This document shows positions 55,907-64,000 of a DNA stretch of 64,000 nucleotides, piece by piece. The translations under genes and the position numbers were made by a program. Numbering within the stretch: position 1 is the stretch's first letter; each line of letters begins with the position of its first letter. The stretch covers positions 66,950,245 to 67,014,244 of the forward strand of contig NC_068983.1 of NCBI RefSeq assembly GCF_001194135.2, written 5' to 3'. The notes under the pieces are model-generated. The model had not been told where the DNA came from. It saw nothing but the letters and a program-made list of their open reading frames with translations, and ran no database searches. The stretch is from Octopus bimaculoides (Eukaryota).

Positions 55907-58599
55907 GAAAAAAGCCATAAAATTTGTGGTGGAGTGTATCACTTGATCATGGCATAATCACAGTTCTCCGGGGTTTCGCTAGATAATGTCCCTTCACATC
56001 ATGTAGGACTTGTATCTGATATCTTCATTACCCATATGCTTAAGAGTCAATACTGCTACCTTGAGGTGTTTGGTAATAGTCCTTATTTACCCACTTTGAG
56101 CTTGGTGGATGATGACCTAGACCTCCTGGAAAACTCAGTCATTCTGATGATATCTACCCACTGGTCATGTTTCCTTTTCTATTGGCTACAGATGACATGT
56201 TGCCACCAGAGGCCTTTTTCTCTTTATCAATCCTTAACTATATTAAATCATTTCAAATGTCCTTTATTTTGAAATTCAGGAATTCATCAGACAAAAACTA
56301 GAAAAGGCTGTAATGGATTGACACTTGTACCTCTACTGTTACTCATATATGTGTGCGTGTGTGAGTGTGTGTGTGTGTGGATCAGCATGCATGCAGTTGT
56401 CTTTTACTTACTTTCTCTCCATCAAATTCCATTTGCAAGGATTTGATCACTTTGTGGTTACAGTTAAAGATACTTTCACCAGATATTGCAAATTGTGATA
56501 GAATTCAGAATTATGTGGTTATAAAGTTAAATTTTGAACTATGTTGTTGGACTTGAGCTTATGTCTATTTAATTCATCTGTTTATGCATTCATACACATG
56601 TTTGTATATTTACAGAAAATTTTGTATATACGTATATGTGTGTGTGTGAGTATGTGTAGATATGCCTTCATGTCATGTATCATGGACAAATTAGCCATCC
56701 CTCCTATTTGTTGCTGTTTTTTGGTCTAGGTCAGTCTTGTTTAAAGAGACATGTGACCAAAAGATTTCCAGTCACAATCATCCACTTATTTTGCATATCA
56801 GGAACTACATGAGGCCCAATATATCCTTCATATTTTGTAGATTATAAGGATGGGATTTGAGAGAAATTTAGCTCATGGATGAGGTGAATTCAACACAGCA
56901 ACCCATCAAACCACTTATAAATTTTACAGTCCTGTCACATCTAGCATTGATTAATTTTTGCTTCTTTTGATATCAGTTTTTTAGGTATGTTGACATAGGT
57001 CATTTGAGAATTGTCTTAGCTGCCAACCATACACTTCATGTTTATATACATGCATGTGTTTGTATGTATGTGTATGTGTGTGTGTGCCTGTGTGTGTAAA
57101 TGTGTGTTTGTGTGTGTGCATGTGTACATGTATATGTATATGCATACATGTGAGGGTGTATGTATAATGTACATTAGAATTATAGGAAACTGTTAAAATT
57201 ATAATCAACTAGATATCACTATGTTAAGATCCAATGGAGCCAAGAATTTATTTTGACTAAACTAGTTAAACTGTTATAACTACTTCATATAATTTTCAAA
57301 ACCACAACTGCTATCTCTGTTGTAACTGATGCCAAATTTTAATTTGGATGATTATAGAACTTATATTTTGTGTCTGTGTGTTCTTTGTATTCTTCCTGTT
57401 GTTGCTACTTCATCTTTACATTCTTATTTTTGGAATTGTGTCTCATCATTCTCCTCTCATCATGTGGCTGAAGTTTGAATATCAGTCTCAAAGAAGCCAA
57501 CTGTAGTATTTTGACTTCATGACTAGAACCCCAGCCCTACATTGTAACTTACCAACAAAACTAAATGCAAAAATGTTGATTGATCATTATAATGACTACT
57601 GCTTTAAAAAAGAACATTTAGATAGGAATAAATCAAAAACAGGTGAATCTCAACAGATATTAATTTTTATGATGCTCATTTAAAATATCATTCACACAAC
57701 ATATAAACTGTGAACATTTATAAGAGATATAGGTAGACAGAAACTACTAGCAAAAGGAATATTACTTTTGCTACTGTTTTCTTTTCTTCTAACAGGAAAA
57801 AAATCATTAATCTTTACATGCTATTCCATCTTGACTTCTTTACCATCTTCAGCTCACCAAAATAATTCACACAGACTCCTCAATAGATGTATACGCATCT
57901 GTGCACATATATTGATTCTGAATATACACACATCTTACTTCCACATCTCTTTTACTATCTCCACCAGCATCTTAGCTATATCAAGTCTCTGTGTCTTCTT
58001 CCCTTTCTCTTTCAAACATATTAAAACTTGGTCCTAAATATTAACTTACAAACCTTCCATTTATATCTACAGATACACCTAAACATAAATATGTAGACAC
58101 ACCAATGGGTAATGTGTTACTTTATATACTTAAAAGAATCAATGCACTGACTCCTACTCATAAGAAAAATTACATCTATATTTGTAACTGTTTCATTCTG
58201 TCACAAATGATAAATTAAGTTATATGTATCTGCTATTGTCACTCATTTTTGTGAGTATATTTTTAAGTGGAGGGGGGGGTAATTTTTTCTTACAGAAGCA
58301 GTTATGATAATGCTTTTATTATCACACATACGTATACACACATATTGTCATTTCTTCATGTCTTATAACTTTAATTATGATAATGATGCACATTAAATAT
58401 ATTTTTATCATGAATGTATATTTAAAAATATTTTATATACATATTTTATTGTTTATATATTATTTTATGTTGGTATAGATGTGGAGTTGTGGGAACACTG
58501 TTGTGACATTCTCTTACTCCCATTCTCTCAATTTATATATATCCCCCTCTTACTCTCTGGGAAAGAGGCACAAGCACATACACCGACATATACAAACAC

Positions 58600-58750
58600 G
58601 GCAGTAATTTCCGCCTACCAAATTCAATCACAAGGCTTCGGTCACCCCGGGGCTACAGCAGAAGACACTTGCCCAAGGTGCCACGCAGTGGGACTGAACC
58701 CGAAACCATGTAGCTGGGAAGCAAGCTTCCTAACCACACATGCATGCCCG

Positions 58751-58752
<2 letters not shown>
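58600..58752 (-). mobile_element. SINE-A 5' half, CpGs retained
   Basis: Reverse complement aligns to 9090-9240. Confidence 0.8.
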
Positions 58753-58784
<32 letters not shown>

Positions 58785-58787
<3 letters not shown>

Positions 58788-58935
58788 AGTGGTTTGGTGT
58801 TAGGAAGGGCATCGAGCCATAAAAACCAACCCAAAACAGACACAGAAGCTTGGTGCAGGTTCCTCTCAAACCGTCCAACCCATGCCAGTATAGGAGGTCG
58901 TTAAACAATGATGTTGTTGATGATGATGATGATGA
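58785..58935 (+). mobile_element. RTE-type 3' end
   Basis: ggtgttaggaagggcatc...ccaacccatgccag...gttaaacaatgatg. Confidence 0.7.
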
Positions 58936-59663
58936 TATATAAAACTTGTTTTAAATCTCTCAGCGAGAGATATACAGTAACAGTACGGAAAAGTAAAGCT
59001 GATTTGTCAACAGAGTGTGGCGGTTCTATAAACGACGGTGCTACTGTTGTTTAAGCCTCAGGAAAACATCTTTTCCATCTGGCTATCGACACAGTCTGTG
59101 TCCATATATATATATATATATCATGAGAAATGAAGTTGAAAATGCGGAGAAAATATATTAAAACTGATCAAAATTTAATTATATTTTAAAGTATAAGAAT
59201 ACAGTTGACAGGTTTCGAATTAGATTTTCAATTGTATAGTGCATGGAGCTGCGTTGCGAATTATGTCTATTCTGACCGTTGTTTTTAAAATACCTTGTTT
59301 TTTTAAAGTAGGAATATGGCTCAGAATGTTGTATGAGAGAGAGAGAGAGATGTATGTATGTATGTATGCATGCATATACATAAATACATGCACTCACACA
59401 AACAGACGTACACACACGCAAGTACATATATACATGCAGCAGTTAGTGCTCAGACGTAAAAAAACTTCTAAAATCCCTGGTAGTTATCTCCCTTATCTTA
59501 CATCTCCTCCAAATATCTAGTCAATTCGCACTTTCAGTTTCCACCGAGCACGATCTGTAGAGGCTTCATGCATCTAGACATACATCATCGTTCCTCCACC
59601 GAGATGTGCAATATATTTATATATCAATAATACTCTTATATGTGAGTGCATATATATACATAC

Positions 59664-59705
<42 letters not shown>

Positions 59706-60245
59706 CTGTATAAATATATATATGTATGTATGTAGTGACGGCGCGTGGCTTAGTGGTTAGGTCATTTACACACTTATTGCAGTGTCCCTTCAGTTTTTCT
59801 AAGCCTTGTAAAAGAACATGGAAAGTTCGGCCTCCCACCAGGCCTTTCACGACAGCCTTAAAGCCAGGAACATTTCAGCCGCTCCCCCCTTGTGTATGTG
59901 TATACATTAAATATAGGTGCAGGCATGGGTGTGTGGTTACGAAGCTCACTTTGCATCCACATAGTTTCTTGTTCACCCCCAGTGCACAAGACCTTTCTGA
60001 GAGTGACTTTGATGGACAGAAACTGCTTATCAAATGTGTGTGTGTGTGTGTGTGTGTGATATTTGGGACTAATGAGTATATGTCAGTTAGTGTGCTGATG
60101 TGTTGAGTAAAGCACTGGCACAGTTTAGGCTACCTGCTGTCATCCGCAGTTGGAGTATATTTCCTTTAGATCTACTTCAGAAATTCCGCAGTGTTTGTTG
60201 AGATAATAATCGATTAAGTAAACAGAAGATGGAATTGGTATAACT

Positions 60246-60429
60246 CTTTATTTTGTACGACGATCGTTTCGACCCATCTTGTGACTGTCCTTTATGGGCG
60301 GGACGCTGTGCATCATATTATGTTGCATCAATCTTGCAGTCTGGGTTACACCAGGCACATTCATACATTAAGTGGTGTCTCGCTAAAGATCTTGAGTTTG
60401 AGCAGAAACGATCGTCGCACAAAATAAAG
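60246..60429. mobile_element. 184-bp MITE with 25-bp TIRs
   Basis: 60246-60270 matches the reverse complement of 60405-60429 at 24/25 positions; TSD not resolved. Confidence 0.75.
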
Positions 60430-60500
60430 TTAAACCAATTCCATCTTCTGTTTGCTTAATCGATTATATCTATATATATATATCTATATACGCACGCACG

Positions 60501-60546
<46 letters not shown>

Positions 60547-60644
60547 TCTTCCTCCTCAAATTCAACATTATTAACTTCAATCTCATCAATGTCAACCCTG
60601 TATTTGTCACCATCAGATTCACTTCCATTATCACCGTCGATCTC

Positions 60645-63088
60645 AGGAGGGACCTAACGGACTTCCCCGCCGGGCTGCCGCGCCTTATCGGGGCAGGACG
60701 CGGAGCGCTGTGAAGGGCCGATCACACTTGAGGAGGTAATTGAAGCTATGGCGGACTGCGGCGCGGGTAAGGCGCCAGGACTAGATGGTTTACCCTACGA
60801 GTTGTATAAGAGTATGCCAGACTTGTTCGGGCACCTGCTGGCGAATGTCTACGCGAACTGGCAGCAGAACGGGTTTATTCCCAGATCTGTGCGCCAGGAA
60901 GAGGTGACGCTAGTCAGAAAGCACCCGAACAAGGGGGATTCAGTTGATAATTTTCGCCCCATCACTCTGCTAAACGCAGACTTGAAGATTTTGGCCAAAG
61001 TGTTATCGTAAAGATTGGCACGTGTCGCGGATGGTCTGATCGGGGAGGCACAGACATGTGCCGTTCCAGGCAGAACCATCCAGGATAATCTCCATCTTAC
61101 ACGGTACACTTTAGAAGGGCTTAACAGTGATGCTGGCAAGGGTGGGGCACTGATCCATTTAGACCAATCTAAAGTGTTCTGGCGTAGTTTGGCCTGGGTC
61201 TTGGTTTCCGCGGGTGGATCATCGAGTTTTACGACATCATCGACACAGTAGTTCGGGTGAACGGCTTCTTATCGAAGCCGTTCAACATCAAACGCTCGGT
61301 TCGTCAAGGGTGTCTGCTCTCCCCGATTTTGTATATGATGGCTCTTGAGCCATTACTGCGAAAATTGAGCGGCATTCCGAGACAGCCAGGTTGTGGAAAA
61401 TCGGTTTCAGCTTACGCGGATGACATCACCATCATCGTAACCGAAATGGACCACCTACAGAAAGTAGGCAAGGCCATAGANNNNNNNNNNNNNNNNNNNN
61501 NNNNNNNNNNNNNNNNNNNNNNNNNNNNNNNNNNNNNNNNNNNNNNNNNNNNNNNNNNNNNNNNNNNNNNNNNNNNNNNNNNNNNNNNNNNNNNNNNNNN
61601 NNNNNNNNNNNNNNNNNNNNNNNNNNNNNNNNNNNNNNNNNNNNNNNNNNNNNNNNNNNNNNNNNNNNNNNNNNNNNNNNNNNNNNNNNNNNNNNNNNNN
61701 NNNNNNNNNNNNNNNNNNNNNNNNNNNNNNNNNNNNNNNNNNNNNNNNNNNNNNNNNNNNNNNNNNNNNNNNNNNNNNNNNNNNNNNNNNNNNNNNNNNN
61801 NNNNNNNNNNNNNNNNNNNNNNNNNNNNNNNNNNNNNNNNNNNNNNNNNNNNNNNNNNNNNNNNNNNNNNNNNNNNNNNNNNNNNNNNNNNNNNNNNNNN
61901 NNNNNNNNNNNNNNNNNNNNNNNNNNNNNNNNNNNNNNNNNNNNNNNNNNNNNNNNNNNNNNNNNNNNNNNNNNNNNNNNNNNNNNNNNNNNNNNNNNNN
62001 NNNNNNNNNNNNNNNNNNNNNNNNNNNNNNNNNNNNNNNNNNNNNNNNNNNNNNNNNNNNNNNNNNNNNNNNNNNNNNNNNNNNNNNNNNNNNNNNNNNN
62101 NNNNGTTTCGGTGGATGGGAAACCTGGTTGAATCGAAGTTCGAAGTTGGGTACATGGTATACGGAGTGTCGCAAGGCACTCCTGCTATTCCGTCGCTTGT
62201 GCAATGCCTGCGGTGGGGGTTCCACCGCATTCTTCTGTAGAGGGCTTGTAGAGGCGAAATGTGATGACACCTTAGGGGAAACCCTAGGTCTCGACGATAA
62301 TCAGCTGGCCAGTCTATTCCGACGTACATTCGGGCCAAAGACCCTGGATAACTTTCAGAAGTCTCTGGCATGGCAGTGTTACCGAAGAGACATACCTGTT
62401 CGGGACAAACTCGCAAGGCATGGTGGCCCCGACTCTCCGTCTTGTCCAAGATGCGAGCGGGACAGGGAAACTGTTCCGCACGCTATTGTACAATGTTCGG
62501 AGGTGTCGGAGGTGTGGGTATGTGCTGAACAACTGTTGTCAAGTACAGGAAGAGTACAGCTATCGACTGTGTCTATAGTAAAAACTGACCCACCGGATTT
62601 CCTCTCGAAAGAAGGTAAGATTTGTTTTCTCACTGTGGTAGCAATTGCGAGACAGGTAATTTGGAGAACGAGGATGAAAGGGTTAAGGTCGGGCATTTTC
62701 ATCTCTGGCTCTGCACTGATGAATTATTTCACCTTCCATCTTAAAAGGAAAATAGAGCTAGAGAGGGAATGCCTGACTGCGAAAACGTTTGAGAGTCGAT
62801 GGAAGAATGTAGCACGAATGTTGCGAGTGGATGGATGTAATCACATGAACGCGACACGGGCTTTATCTGAGGTACCAGTGGCGAGGCGGGGCTCGTGGGA
62901 TCCGTGCTGAACCCGTCTTTCCACTCCGTCCATAATGTCTTCCGGTCTGTCTTATCATTCGTTTTATTTATTTTGTGTTAACTTTTTAATGTCATCTTTT
63001 TGTTTTTCCCATCCGTTTCTCTGACCCCAAAATCAGATGTATTGTCCCCTCGGTGTTGGCCCCTTGTGGACAATAAAGAAATAGAAAT
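60645..63088 (+). mobile_element. 5'-truncated Tx1/L1-clade non-LTR retrotransposon (ORF2 pseudogene: RT plus zf-RVT)
   Basis: KAPGLDGLPYELY, NFRPITLLNADLKILAKVL, LDQSK, VRQGCLLSPILY, AYADDITII; C-terminal CPRC...ETVPHAIVQC; TAA at 61009-61011 and frameshifts; 3' UTR with AATAAA at 63072; N-gap 61481-62104. Confidence 0.93.
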
Positions 63089-63145
63089 CAGTGATAACTT
63101 GTTGCAGAATTGTAAAAGGATGTAAACATTAAAATCTATGTGCAG

Positions 63146-63312
63146 AGACCCCCTTCAGTCACGAATGACCATGAGATTGCACCTAGAAAGTTACCCTCCG
63201 AGGCACAAGTCCGGGCAGGTTGTTTGTTTGTGGAAGGCCAGCAGTCGCCCATGCATACTGGTCTCCCCTCTCCACGCCACCAGTATTATCCAAGGGAAAG
63301 GCAAAGGCCGAT
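63146..63312 (-). mobile_element. Probable SINE 3' body cut by an N-gap
   Basis: GC-rich segment with abrupt boundaries; recalled as the tail of a family B-related SINE, not verifiable within the window. Confidence 0.45.
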
Positions 63313-63322
63313 NNNNNNNNNN

Positions 63323-64000
63323 GAGAGGCAAGTCGATGCCTCCTGACAGCGTCGTGGGACGTTGGACGGAGGATCCGATTAAGTTGCTAGGAGTTTGGTT
63401 AGGACCAGACCTCCAAATAAAGAAGAACTGGGCCGAGATATCGATCAGGGTGACTCACATAGTCAAGACCTGGTCTTGGCGGTGGCTATCCCTGAAAGGG
63501 AAGGTGGAGGTAGCCAATGTGTTCATCGCATCGGTCATAACCTACCGCCTAACCGTCGTTCCTTGCCCTGATTCGTGGTTCATCAAGCTGGAAAGACAGC
63601 TCTTCCACTTTTTGTGGAAGTGCTCGAAACTGCTTGTGAGATCCTCTATTTGCTGCCAACAACCGTTAAAGGGTGGATTTGGGATGCCTTGGCTGGTGAT
63701 GCGCAGACATGCGCTGAGGTTGAGGCATCTTTGGCTCTACCTGGATGGTGAACGGGTGTGGTTTCCCCTGGCGAAACAGATGTTTCCCAAGTTCACTAGT
63801 TTCGGTGGATGGGAAACCTGGTTGAATCGAAGTTCGAAGTTGGGTACATGGTATACGGAGTGTCGCAAGGCACTCCTGCTATTCCGTCGCTTGTGCAATG
63901 CCTGCGGTGGGGGTTCCACCGCATTCTTCTGTAGAGGGCTTGTAGAGGCGAAATGTGATGACACCTTAGGGGAAACCCTAGGTCTCGACGATAATCAGCT
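63323..64000 (+). mobile_element. Tx1 ORF2 internal segment (second copy or misplaced gap sequence)
   Basis: Open frame from 63324: IKLLGVWLG...WLSLKGKVEVANVFIASVITY...KGGFGMP; from about 63800 identical to the sequence starting at 62105. Confidence 0.9.

Noticed and set aside
59497-59600. Possible minus-strand first exon with donor gtaaga in the CpG-rich zone
   Set aside because: It translates as MHEASTDRARWKLKVR, which resembles an RTE C-terminal remnant.

Overview
AT-rich animal DNA with six N-gaps (24849-24858, 35356-35365, 50467-50695, 52082-52267, 61481-62104, 63313-63322). The SINE/LINE repertoire and microsatellite load look like a coleoid cephalopod (Octopus-like); this is recognised from memory, not from a search. 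I cannot support any intact host gene. The window reads as a very long intron or intergenic tract built from decayed mobile elements: tRNA-derived SINEs (three families, labelled A-C here), RTE-type LINE fragments and 3' tails, four Tc1/mariner relics, hAT- and Tigger-like MITEs, a 5S-rRNA-derived element, and a 5'-truncated Tx1/L1-clade retrotransposon at the right end. Most long ORFs in the supplied track are microsatellite or gap artefacts. The signals most worth following up are: (i) short exact local templated copies at insertion or break junctions (9060-9085 from 7405-7430; 16236-16265 from 17383-17412) and two perfect hairpins, one next to telomeric repeats; (ii) plus-strand AG|GT sites resembling recursive splice sites; (iii) a CpG-retaining tRNA-Thr-like Pol III unit; (iv) a possible 5S-derived SINE3; (v) a mariner fold-back; (vi) a CCAAT/M-box/TATA cluster; (vii) a sharp CpG-density step near 58.55 kb. 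Repeat boundaries are read by eye and approximate unless TSD or TIR coordinates are given.
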